Source: Bryobacteraceae bacterium (GTDB lineage: Bacteria > Acidobacteriota > Terriglobia > Bryobacterales > Bryobacteraceae). From it: a DNA stretch of 64,000 bases. The translations under genes were made by a program, and so were the position numbers. Where the stretch lies: NCBI GenBank assembly GCA_036273015.1, contig DATAXN010000054.1, positions 13,215 to 77,214 on the forward strand. The letters run 5' to 3'. Below the pieces are notes generated by a model. That model saw nothing but the letters and a program-made list of their open reading frames with translations, made no database searches and was not told the DNA's origin. Below, one piece after another: positions 44,002-52,983 of the stretch (positions within the stretch are counted from its first letter, which is position 1; every line of letters starts with the position of its first letter).

Positions 44002-45563
44002 AAAGAAGCAGAACAAATCCGGCTGATCTCGAGGTCTTCCGCAATCTGTTTGTTTCGATTGCCGATGAAATGGGCGCCGTTCTGAGAAAAACGGCGTTCA
44101 GCGCAAATATCAAAGAGCGGCGCGACTACTCGTGCGCCGTGTATGGCGAAGCGGGCCGGACCATCGCGATGGGTGACCACATGCCGGTGCATCTGGGGGC
44201 GATGCCACTTTCGGTGCAGCATGCGCTGGCGGCTTTCGAACTGCGCCGCGGAGACGTGGCGATCGTCAACGATCCTTTTCGCGGCGGCACGCATTTACCG
44301 GATATCACCGCGGTCTCCGGTGTTTTTATCGGAGGGCGCAAACGCGCCCATTTTTATGTGGCGTCGCGCGCGCATCACGCGGATGTGGGAGGCATGAGTC
44401 CCGGCTCCATGCCTCTGGCGCGCGAGATCTATCAGGAAGGGATCCGCATTCCGCCGGTGCTGCTGATGAAGGGCGGCAAGGTTCAGGGCGATGTGATGCA
44501 GATCGTTCTGGCAAATGTGCGGACGCCGGAGGAGCGCGAAGGCGATCTTCTCGCGCAGGTGATGTCGAACCGCCGTGGGGAGGATCGATTGCTCGAGATC
44601 GTCGCCCGTTATGGCCTGGGCCGAGTGCAACACAGCGCGGCGGATCTGTTGGACTACAGCGAGCGCGTGACGCGCGCGATGTTACGCCGGATTCCGGACG
44701 GCGAGTACCGATTCCACGATTTTCTGGATGACGACGGAATCACCGATGAGCCGGTGCGAATCGAGGTGACGCTTCGAATTGAAGGTGACGAGGCCGAGGT
44801 TGATTTCACGGGATCGAGCGCGCAGGTTGCGGGATCGGTGAACGCGAATTATGCGATTGCTGTCTCGGCGGCAATGTATTGTTTCCGCTGTCTGATCGAC
44901 GCGGAAGTGCCGTACAACGCCGGTCTGCTGCGGCCGGTGCGTGTGGTTGCGCCGGATCGAAGCGTGGTGAACGCGGGGCTTCCGGCGGCAATGGCCGCGG
45001 GCAACGTCGAGACGTCGCAGCGCATCACAGATGTGATCCTGGGTGCGCTCGCGAAAGCAATACCCGATCGGATTCCGGCGGCAAGCTCGGGAACCATGAG
45101 CAACCTGAGTTTCGGGGGATGGGATACGCGGCGCAACCGTCCGTTCGCGTATTACGAAACAATCGCAGGCGGTATGGGCGCGTCCTCTCGCGGGCCGGGG
45201 CGGTCCGCAACGCACACGCACATGACGAACAGCTGGAACACGCCGATCGAAGCATTCGAGTACACGTACCCGGTGCGCGTGAGGGCCTATCGGATTCGCA
45301 GCGGTTCGGGCGGTGCGGGAAAATATTCCGGCGGTGATGGGATCGTCCGCGAACTGCAGTTTCTGGATGCGGCTGACGTAACGATGCTTTCCGACCGGCA
45401 CAAACGCGGACCTTACGGATTGCAGGGCGGAGCGAGCGGGACTTCCGCGCGCGCGAATGTCGATGGCCGGAATCTCTCTTCCAAGACGCGCTTCAATATT
45501 CAGCCGGGGGAAACACTGCATATCGAAACACCCGGTGGCGGCGGTTGGGGCAATCCCCTATAG
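43998..45563 (+). CDS. Hydantoinase B / oxoprolinase family protein
   Basis: 521 aa. DLEVFRNLFVSIADEMGAVLRKTAFSANIKERRDYSCAVY, DPFRGGTHLPD, GGGGWGNP are typical HyuB signatures. Confidence 0.85.
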   Translation: MKRSRTNPADLEVFRNLFVSIADEMGAVLRKTAFSANIKERRDYSCAVYGEAGRTIAMGDHMPVHLGAMPLSVQHALAAFELRRGDVAIVNDPFRGGTHLPDITAVSGVFIGGRKRAHFYVASRAHHADVGGMSPGSMPLAREIYQEGIRIPPVLLMKGGKVQGDVMQIVLANVRTPEEREGDLLAQVMSNRRGEDRLLEIVARYGLGRVQHSAADLLDYSERVTRAMLRRIPDGEYRFHDFLDDDGITDEPVRIEVTLRIEGDEAEVDFTGSSAQVAGSVNANYAIAVSAAMYCFRCLIDAEVPYNAGLLRPVRVVAPDRSVVNAGLPAAMAAGNVETSQRITDVILGALAKAIPDRIPAASSGTMSNLSFGGWDTRRNRPFAYYETIAGGMGASSRGPGRSATHTHMTNSWNTPIEAFEYTYPVRVRAYRIRSGSGGAGKYSGGDGIVRELQFLDAADVTMLSDRHKRGPYGLQGGASGTSARANVDGRNLSSKTRFNIQPGETLHIETPGGGGWGNPL

Positions 45564-45591
45564 TCGCTCCCGGCTTCTCATATAGTGAACA

Positions 45592-46995
45592 GTGATGAAA
45601 TTTTCTCTTACGCGCCGCGAGGCCCTGAAGGCGACCGCGCTGGCGCCGCTCGCTTTTGCCGCGGACGCGCAATCGGCTCCGAGGCCGAATATCGTTTTCA
45701 TACTCGCCGACGATCTGGGATATGCCGACGTGTCCTGCTATGGACGCCGCGATTACACGACGCCGAACATCGACCGGATCGCCGCGGAAGGCATGAAGTT
45801 CACGCAGGCCTATGCGAATTCGTCGGTGTGTTCCGCGACGCGCACCGCGCTGATCACCGGTCGATACCAATACAGACTGCCCATCGGTCTCGAAGAACCG
45901 CTGGGATCGGATGACAAACGGCATGTCGGCCTGCCCCCATCGCAGCCGACAATGCCCTCGCTGCTGAGACAGGCGGGCTACAGCACGATGCTCATCGGCA
46001 AATGGCATCTGGGGAAGCTGCCGGATTTCGATCCGCTGCAAAGCGGCTACGAGCATTTCTGGGGTATTCGCAGCGGCGGGGTCGACTATTTCACGCACAA
46101 ATCCGGAACGGCCAAGACCGATACGGACGATCTTTGGGACGACGACGTCAAAGTACACCAGACCGGTTACCTGACCGATCTGTTGGGAGCCAAGGCGACG
46201 ACCGCCGTCCGCGACTATGCGCGCACACCAGGCAAGCCGTTTCTGCTGAGCCTGCACTTCACCGCACCCCACTGGCCGTGGGAAGGACCGGACGACCAGG
46301 CGGAATCGCAGAGGATTTCAGCCCTTGCGGATTATGACGGCGGTTCGCTTGCGACGTTCGCTCGAATGGTGGGGGAATTGGATCTGCAGATCGGGCGCGT
46401 GCTGGAGATGCTGCAGTCGACCGGGATCGCCAACAATACGATCGTCATTTTCACCAGCGATAACGGCGGCGAACGGTTTGCGGATACCTGGCCTTTCACG
46501 GGCAAGAAGTCGGAACTTCTCGAAGGTGGATTGAGAATTCCCGCGATCATCCGCTGGCCCGGTCATATTCCGGCCGGCACGGTGACGGAGCAGGTCGCGA
46601 TTTCCATGGACTGGATGCCGACGTTGCTCGCCGCGGGCGGCGCCATGCCCGACCCGGCGTTTCCTCCCGACGGCATGAACTTGTTGCCTGCGCTGACGCA
46701 GAATGCGGCGCCGGTTCCCCGAAAGCTGTTCTGGCGCTATCGGATGAACGCGCAGCGCGCCATGCGGGACGGTGACATGAAATGGTTGAAAATCCGTGAC
46801 AATACGTTTCTATTCGATGTCGCCGCCGACCCGCTGGAGCGGGCGAATCTGAAGGAACGACAGGCGGATATATACAGAAAAATGGTCGCGGATTACGAGA
46901 ATTGGAACGCAACTATGCTCCCGGAAGATCCCCAAGCCGCTTCGTTTGGCATCAGCGGGAAGCAAATGGCCGATCATTACGGCGCCGGACGTTAA
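45592..46995 (+). CDS. Tat-exported sulfatase (arylsulfatase A family)
   Basis: 467 aa. Twin-Arg signal LTRREALKATALAPLAFA. PNIVFILADDLGYADV. Active-site box CSATRTALITG (C-x-A-x-R variant). Confidence 0.85.
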   Translation: MMKFSLTRREALKATALAPLAFAADAQSAPRPNIVFILADDLGYADVSCYGRRDYTTPNIDRIAAEGMKFTQAYANSSVCSATRTALITGRYQYRLPIGLEEPLGSDDKRHVGLPPSQPTMPSLLRQAGYSTMLIGKWHLGKLPDFDPLQSGYEHFWGIRSGGVDYFTHKSGTAKTDTDDLWDDDVKVHQTGYLTDLLGAKATTAVRDYARTPGKPFLLSLHFTAPHWPWEGPDDQAESQRISALADYDGGSLATFARMVGELDLQIGRVLEMLQSTGIANNTIVIFTSDNGGERFADTWPFTGKKSELLEGGLRIPAIIRWPGHIPAGTVTEQVAISMDWMPTLLAAGGAMPDPAFPPDGMNLLPALTQNAAPVPRKLFWRYRMNAQRAMRDGDMKWLKIRDNTFLFDVAADPLERANLKERQADIYRKMVADYENWNATMLPEDPQAASFGISGKQMADHYGAGR

Positions 46996-47280
46996 CTAAA
47001 TGCCTGGTAACTACTGACGTACTGGTACTACCGGGCCTGAATCTGGTACTATCATCTTGTGCTGGACTGTACTTGGAACGATCTGGAAGCTGAAATTGTG
47101 CTGCGTAACCTCGGCGGGCCCCATGAAGAGCAGCAAAGGCTGCAGCGATACTATCTGAAGTTAAGGGAAGAGTGCCGTAAGGCGATGCAGACGGCCCGAT
47201 CGACCGATCCGGAACAGACTGAGCCGCAGCTTCATTAACACCCGCGATTCCCGCAACGCCGCCGCGCGATAAACTCGGGG

Positions 47281-47718
47281 TTGTTCATCAATTCGAGAAA
47301 GATCTCAGTGCAGTGGGGGGATTGCGATCCCGCCGGGATTGTCTGGTATCCTCGCTATTTCGAATGGTTCGATGCTTCGACAGCTGCGTTATTCGCGGCA
47401 GCCGGAGTCTCCAACAGCGTGATGCACAAGACCTGGCGGATCGTCGGGATACCGATGATCGATACGCGCGCGAAGTTTTTCATCCCTTCCAAATTCGAGG
47501 ATGAGATCACGATTGAAAGCACTGTCGTCGAATTCCGGCGGAGCAGTTTCGACGTACATCACCGCATCCTGAAGCAGGGCAAACTGGCGGTCGAGGGCTT
47601 CGAAACGCGGGTCTGGACCGTCAGAGATGCGGATGATCCCGAACGCCTGAAATCGGCGCCGATTCCGGCTGAGGTGATTGCGCAATTTCAGGAGAAGGGA
47701 GCGGGGGTTGCCGGCTGA
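47281..47718 (+). CDS. 4HBT/YbgC-type acyl-CoA thioesterase
   Basis: 145 aa, TTG start. VQWGDCDPAGIVWYPRYFEWFD hotdog-fold signature. Confidence 0.7.
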   Translation: MFINSRKISVQWGDCDPAGIVWYPRYFEWFDASTAALFAAAGVSNSVMHKTWRIVGIPMIDTRAKFFIPSKFEDEITIESTVVEFRRSSFDVHHRILKQGKLAVEGFETRVWTVRDADDPERLKSAPIPAEVIAQFQEKGAGVAG

Positions 47719-48178
47719 AATCCCAACACCCGAACTGATCCCGGTCGCCGATCTGGTTGTCCGGATCGGGGAACCGATTGAGATCGGACATATTGCAGGA
47801 AATCTGCGTCGCGTGATTCCTATTGCCGGGGGCGAGGTGACAGGTCCGAGACTTCGCGGTAAAGTGCTGCCCGGCGGAGCGGATTTTCAGATCATGCGCG
47901 CGGACGGCGTGACCGATCTGCACGCGCGATACGTGATCGAAACAGAAGAGCGTCAGTGGATCTACGTGGAGAATTCGGGTGTGCGTTACGGCCCGCCGGA
48001 GTTAATGGAGAAACTGCGGCGGGGCGAACCCGTGGATCCGGCGCTGATTTACTTCCGCACGATGCCCCGTTTTGAAACCTCGGCGCCGGGATACGGATGG
48101 CTCATGCAGAACCTGTTCGTTTGCTCGGGCGCCCGTTTTCCGGATCGGGTCGAGATGCGGTTTTTCCAGGTTACATAA
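47678..48178 (+). CDS. DUF3237-like protein
   Basis: 166 aa. IPIAGGEVTGPRLRGKVLPGGADFQIMRADG...YVENSGVR. True start may be TTG 47708. Stop overlaps the bcp start (TAATG). Confidence 0.6.
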   Translation: MRNFRRRERGLPAEIPTPELIPVADLVVRIGEPIEIGHIAGNLRRVIPIAGGEVTGPRLRGKVLPGGADFQIMRADGVTDLHARYVIETEERQWIYVENSGVRYGPPELMEKLRRGEPVDPALIYFRTMPRFETSAPGYGWLMQNLFVCSGARFPDRVEMRFFQVT

Positions 48179-48639
48179 TGCCTGCGATCACCGGAACGCC
48201 AGCGCCTGATTTTGAATTGCCCGACCAGCACGGGAACCTCGTGCGGCTGAACCAGTACCGCGGCAAGAGTGCGGTGGTGATCTATTTCTATCCGAAGGAC
48301 GATACGAGCGGTTGCACGATCGAAGCCTGCCGGTTTCGGGACGACTTCGAGAAATTCCGAGTTATTGGAGCCGAGATCCTGGGGATCAGCGACGATTCGA
48401 CCAGTTCGCACGAGAAGTTCGCTTCTAAATACAATCTGCCGTTTACGCTACTCAGCGATAAAGGCGGACGCGTGCGCAAGCTCTACGGGGTAAAAAAAAC
48501 GTTCGGCGTGATTCCCGGGCGTGTGACGTTTGTCATCGACCGGAATGGAGTTGTGCGGCATGTGTTCTCGTCGCAATCGAGCCCCGCGCGGCACGTGGAA
48601 GAGGCGCTGGTGGCGCTGGCGTTGGCGGGAAACAGGTAG
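48178..48639 (+). CDS. bcp: Peroxiredoxin (Bcp/PrxQ type)
   Basis: Start ATG 48178. APDFELPDQHGNLVRL...VIYFYPKDDTSGCTIEAC. Confidence 0.85.
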   Translation: MPAITGTPAPDFELPDQHGNLVRLNQYRGKSAVVIYFYPKDDTSGCTIEACRFRDDFEKFRVIGAEILGISDDSTSSHEKFASKYNLPFTLLSDKGGRVRKLYGVKKTFGVIPGRVTFVIDRNGVVRHVFSSQSSPARHVEEALVALALAGNR

Positions 48640-48641
48640 GA

Positions 48642-48664
48642 ACGCGGCTGGAAGCCGCATGTCC
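48642..48664. terminator. Conserved 23-nt hairpin element, copy 2 (putative bidirectional terminator)
   Basis: ACGCGGCTGGAAGCCGCATGTCC, 21/23 identical to the copy at 53983. Sits 3 nt after the bcp stop, between convergent genes. Confidence 0.45.
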
Positions 48665-48694
48665 ATGTTCATGTTCAGGTTTTCAAATCCGGGC

Positions 48695-49579
48695 TTATCC
48701 TTTCAGATCCCGGAAGGCGTCTTCAATTTCACGACGGGCGTCGAGCGACACCGGTACGAACGGCAGGCGCGGCGGACCGCCGTAGTAGCCGTTAATATCC
48801 ATAGCGTGCTTGAGGCCGGGGACGCCGTACATGTCGGTGATCAGAATCGAGGGATGTGAGATGCGTCCCTGCCAGTCCACGCCGGCATCTTCTTCGCGGG
48901 TGCGGAATGCCTCCCATATCGCAATCGTTGCGTAAGGCGCGGCGCTTGCAAAGGCCAATGCCGCTCCGTTCGCGCCCGTCTTCAGCGATTCCCAGACCTG
49001 CGATTCTGTTCCGGCCAGCACCCCGAATTCTTTGGGCACAAGAGCGCGAATTTGTGCGATGCGGGAAGCGGGACTTCCCGTTTCGATCACACCGGCAATG
49101 TTGGGATGCCCGGCTAACACCGCAACAGTTTCAGGAAGCAGGTCCACTCCCGTCATGCGCGGCGCGTTGTGGATTAAAACCGGTCCGGGAGATTGATCCG
49201 CCAACGCGCGAAAAAAGAGCATCTGCGTCTCCGGACCGTACATCAGGTTGCGATACTGATGCGGCACCGAACTCACGACCGCGTGCGCTCCCGCTTCGGC
49301 AGCGGCTCGAGCCAGTGTCGCTGCCGCATAGACGCCTTCCTGGCTGACATCCGCGATTACGGTGCGGTCCTTCGGGATGTGTGGAACAGCCAGACGCAGC
49401 AGTTCCAACTTCTCCTCCGCGTCAAGAAGGGGGCCTTCGCCGGTAAGCGAGCCGACGATGAAACCCGACAGCGACGTGCGCGACCACTTCTCGAAGTTAT
49501 GCTGGACTTTGACGCGATACAGGGCGCCGGTGTGATCGAACGGCGTGGCTGCCGCCGCGTAGATTCCCTGGATTTTCAT
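48695..49579 (-). CDS. Dihydrodipicolinate synthase/N-acetylneuraminate lyase family protein
   Basis: 294 aa. GIYAAAATPF, GFIVGSLTGEGPLLDAEEK. Typical DapA-family TIM-barrel layout. Confidence 0.75.
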   Translation of the reverse strand: MKIQGIYAAAATPFDHTGALYRVKVQHNFEKWSRTSLSGFIVGSLTGEGPLLDAEEKLELLRLAVPHIPKDRTVIADVSQEGVYAAATLARAAAEAGAHAVVSSVPHQYRNLMYGPETQMLFFRALADQSPGPVLIHNAPRMTGVDLLPETVAVLAGHPNIAGVIETGSPASRIAQIRALVPKEFGVLAGTESQVWESLKTGANGAALAFASAAPYATIAIWEAFRTREEDAGVDWQGRISHPSILITDMYGVPGLKHAMDINGYYGGPPRLPFVPVSLDARREIEDAFRDLKG

Positions 49580-49588
49580 TAACCTGAT

Positions 49589-50407
49589 ATGTTCTCACTC
49601 GACCTCGCTTGCGGACCCGAAGATACAGAGTTGACCATCGCCGAACTCTGGGAGGCCGGATGTACGGGCATCATTGAACTGGATCATGCCGAGCCTGACG
49701 GCGCCAATCTTCGCGTCTTCTTCGACGACGACGCACGCGGCCCCGAGCTTCAATCGCGCTTTGGTGGTGACATCAAACCGGCCGATACTCGCGATTGGGT
49801 TGCATTCGCGCATGAATATCTGAAGCCGATGGAAATCGGCGCGCGCATTTTTGTCTGCCCCGAATGGCGCGACGATCCGACGCCGCCGGGGCGGATTCGC
49901 GTTGTGGTCAATGCGGGCCTCGCCTTCGGAACCGGCGCGCATGAGACCACGCGCCTTTGCCTCGAAGCCATTGAGCGGCATCTGAAACCGGGAATGACTG
50001 TGATCGACGTCGGGACAGGTTCGGGAATTCTCGCCGAAGCCGCGGTCAAACTGGGTGCGGGCGAGGTACTTGCCAATGACAACGATCCCGAAGCAGTTGC
50101 CGTTGCGCGGGAGAATTTCGAAAAAGCGAGAGTGGATGTCGCATTGTCAGTGGGATCGGCCGATGCGTTCCCTGCGGGAATCGCCGACCTCGTTGTCGCC
50201 AACATTAGTCCGGCGTGGATTTCCGATCTGGCCGCGGAGTGGATGAGGATACTGAAGCCTGGCGGCCGCGCCATTCTGAGCGGCTTCGAAGCGAGCGATA
50301 TTTCCCGTGTTTCAGCGGCACTCGAAGCCGCAGGCGCACAGATTTCCGGTGAGTTCGGCGAACACGAATGGCGAATGATTGAAATTGTGCGCAGATCGGC
50401 GGTCTAG
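49589..50407 (+). CDS. prmA: Ribosomal protein L11 methyltransferase
   Basis: 272 aa. AFGTGAHETTRLCLEAI, VIDVGTGSGILAEAA, VVANI. Confidence 0.8.
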   Translation: MFSLDLACGPEDTELTIAELWEAGCTGIIELDHAEPDGANLRVFFDDDARGPELQSRFGGDIKPADTRDWVAFAHEYLKPMEIGARIFVCPEWRDDPTPPGRIRVVVNAGLAFGTGAHETTRLCLEAIERHLKPGMTVIDVGTGSGILAEAAVKLGAGEVLANDNDPEAVAVARENFEKARVDVALSVGSADAFPAGIADLVVANISPAWISDLAAEWMRILKPGGRAILSGFEASDISRVSAALEAAGAQISGEFGEHEWRMIEIVRRSAV

Positions 50408-50490
50408 CAGCTATCGGGCGCTACAATAACACTTACGAAAACGGCACCGACCCAGGTAGTTCGATCCGCCGCCTTCGCCATGGGATCGAA

Positions 50491-51975
50491 ATGTCTTCGG
50501 CTGCCACACGTTCCTCGGAGAAACTCCTTTTCACCGGCTACGACCCGGGCTCGTTTTACGACGAACTGATCGCTCCCAGCGGTGAGCCGCGCCCATGGGC
50601 GGCGGCCATGTTCGAAAAGCTGGCGGCGATGCCTCTCGACGTCTTCGAAGAGCGCCGCAAGCTGGCCGACCTTTCCTATCTCGTCCAGGGCATCACCTTC
50701 ACCGTTTACAGCGACGGCCGCGGCACGGAGCGGCTTTTCCCGTTCGATCTGTGCCCGCGCATCCTTCCCCACTCCGAGTGGGATGTCATCGAACGCGGAC
50801 TGGCGCAACGCGTGATGGCGCTCAACCTCTATCTGCAGGATATTTACGGGCAGCAGCGGATATTGAGGGACGGGATTGTCCCGCGCAATCTGGTTTTTTC
50901 CTGCAAGCATTTCCGGCGCGAAATGGTCGGGCTTGCGGTGCCGCGCGACATCTACATTCACGTCTCGGGCATCGACCTGGTGCGCGATTCCCGGACCGGC
51001 CAGTATCTGGTGCTGGAGGATAACGCGCGCTCGCCCAGTGGCATCTCTTACGTTCTCGAGAACCGCCTCGTGATGCGCCGTACTTTCCCGCGCGCGTTCG
51101 AAGTTTGCGAAGTCATGCCGGTCGATCACTATCCGGCGGAGTTGGCACAGATCCTGCGTAGTCTTTCGCCGCGCAGCGGCGAGCGCCCGGTCATTGTGTT
51201 ATTGACACCGGGACTGTATAACAGTGCCTACTTCGAACACTGCTTCCTCGCACAGGAGATGGGCATCGAGCTTGTCGAAGGCCGCGATCTGGTGGTGGTG
51301 GACGACGTGGTCTACATGAAAACCATCCATGGCCTCACTCGCGTGGACGTCATATACCGGCGGGTGGATGACGATTTTCTCGATCCGCTGGCTTTCCGCG
51401 CCGGCTCTCTTGTGGGCGTGCCGGGGCTGATGAACGCGTATCGCGCGGGCAACATCGCGCTTGCCAATGCTGTCGGAACGGGCGTTGCGGACGATAAAGC
51501 GATCTATGCTTATGTCCCGGCCTTCATCAAATACTATCTGGGCGAAGATCCGATTCTGCAGAACGTCGAGACGTACCTGTGTTCGAAGCCGGATCATCTC
51601 GCATACGTGCTCGACCACCTGCCGGAACTGGTTGTGAAGGCCGTGGGCGAATCAGGCGGGTACGGAATGCTGATGGGCCCATCGTCCGACAAAAAGACGA
51701 TTGAGGATTTTCGCGCGCGCCTCGTGGCCGATCCACGAAACTACATCGCGCAGCCGGTGATTCCTCTTTCGCGTGTTCCCTCATTCGATCCCGAGACCGG
51801 AGCGATGAGTCCACGACACGTCGATCTGCGGCCCTATTGCCTCTACGACGGACGGAAAGTGACTATTGTGCCCGGCGGGCTGACGCGGGTTGCGCTGCAG
51901 CGCGGGTCGCTGGTGGTTAATTCATCGCAGGGCGGAGGCAGCAAGGATACGTGGGTCCTCAGGGGTGACGAATGA
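50491..51975 (+). CDS. Circularly permuted type-2 ATP-grasp protein (COG2308)
   Basis: 494 aa. YLVLEDNARSPSGISYVLENR, VDVIYRRVDDDFLDP, ANAVGTGVADDKAIYAYVP. Confidence 0.85.
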   Translation: MSSAATRSSEKLLFTGYDPGSFYDELIAPSGEPRPWAAAMFEKLAAMPLDVFEERRKLADLSYLVQGITFTVYSDGRGTERLFPFDLCPRILPHSEWDVIERGLAQRVMALNLYLQDIYGQQRILRDGIVPRNLVFSCKHFRREMVGLAVPRDIYIHVSGIDLVRDSRTGQYLVLEDNARSPSGISYVLENRLVMRRTFPRAFEVCEVMPVDHYPAELAQILRSLSPRSGERPVIVLLTPGLYNSAYFEHCFLAQEMGIELVEGRDLVVVDDVVYMKTIHGLTRVDVIYRRVDDDFLDPLAFRAGSLVGVPGLMNAYRAGNIALANAVGTGVADDKAIYAYVPAFIKYYLGEDPILQNVETYLCSKPDHLAYVLDHLPELVVKAVGESGGYGMLMGPSSDKKTIEDFRARLVADPRNYIAQPVIPLSRVPSFDPETGAMSPRHVDLRPYCLYDGRKVTIVPGGLTRVALQRGSLVVNSSQGGGSKDTWVLRGDE

Positions 51976-52018
51976 GCGCACAGGCCGAAGGATCCGTTAT
52001 GCGCGGGGATAACAAGAC

Positions 52019-52966
52019 ATGATGCTCTCGCGCATTGCCGATTCGCTCTTCTGGATCGGCCGTTATATGGAGCGCGCCGACAACACGGCCCGTATCCTGG
52101 ATGTCAACTATCACATGCTGCTTGAGCAGCCGCCTGACACCTACAAGCTGCGCTGGGATCCTCTGATTGCCGTCACTGGGGAACGCGCACGTTTTTACAA
52201 GACCTATGAAGAAGCCAGTGCACAGACGGCTTTCGATTTTCTCGGCTTCTCGGAAGAGAACCCCAACTCAATCGGACAGTGCATCGTCAGTGCTCGCGAA
52301 AATGCGCGTACGATTCGCGACCGGATCTCTCGCGAGTTGTGGGAAGACATTAACAGCCTTTATCACAACGTGCTGCAACTGCGCGACGACAATGAGAGCC
52401 TCTCGCGATTCTGCGACGAGGTGAAGCGCGGCGGGCATCGTTTTCACGGCGTTTGCGATGCGACTCTGGCCCGCGATGAAGGCTGGCATTTCGTCCAGGC
52501 CGGCTGCGTGCTGGAACGCGCGGAGATGACCGCCCGCATCCTGGATGTCCACTATCATCAGTTGCTCGAAGGTCCGCCAATTCTGAATGAGGCCCGCAGT
52601 CATTTGTGGATGGCAGTGTTGAAGTCGGTGGCTGCATTTGAGTTTTACAGACGCCAGTATTCGCAGATTGAGCCCGCAAAGGTGGCGGAATTGCTGCTGC
52701 TGGATCCGCGTCACCCACGATCCGTGCGATTCAACTTCGGCGCGCTCCAGAGTTCCCTTCATGCGATCAGCGGCTCTGTTCCGGGTAGTTACGCGAACGA
52801 AGCCGAGCGGCTCACGGGGAAGATTCACGAACGTCTCGCCTACGACAGCATCGAAGAAATCTTCGACGGCGGCCTGCACAACTTCCTCACCGGACTGCAA
52901 CAAACGTGCCGCAGCATCGGCGAACAGATCACGCAGGCGTACTTCCATTACGCGGTGGTTGCCTGA
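52019..52966 (+). CDS. Alpha-E domain protein (COG2307)
   Basis: 315 aa. MLSRIADSLFWIGRYMERADNTARILDV and a repeated internal copy of that helix (ERAEMTARILDVHY). Confidence 0.85.
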   Translation: MMLSRIADSLFWIGRYMERADNTARILDVNYHMLLEQPPDTYKLRWDPLIAVTGERARFYKTYEEASAQTAFDFLGFSEENPNSIGQCIVSARENARTIRDRISRELWEDINSLYHNVLQLRDDNESLSRFCDEVKRGGHRFHGVCDATLARDEGWHFVQAGCVLERAEMTARILDVHYHQLLEGPPILNEARSHLWMAVLKSVAAFEFYRRQYSQIEPAKVAELLLLDPRHPRSVRFNFGALQSSLHAISGSVPGSYANEAERLTGKIHERLAYDSIEEIFDGGLHNFLTGLQQTCRSIGEQITQAYFHYAVVA

Positions 52967-52983
52967 AGATGGTGGCTTAAAGG

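Noticed and set aside
44682-46272. 279-aa and 259-aa minus-strand ORFs
   Set aside because: They are antisense to the HyuB and sulfatase genes, both of which have strong family signatures.
48666-48690. GGTTTTCAAATCCGGG resembling a tRNA T-arm
   Set aside because: It is not the GGTTCRAATCC consensus. No acceptor stem, D-arm or anticodon arm can be built from the flanks.
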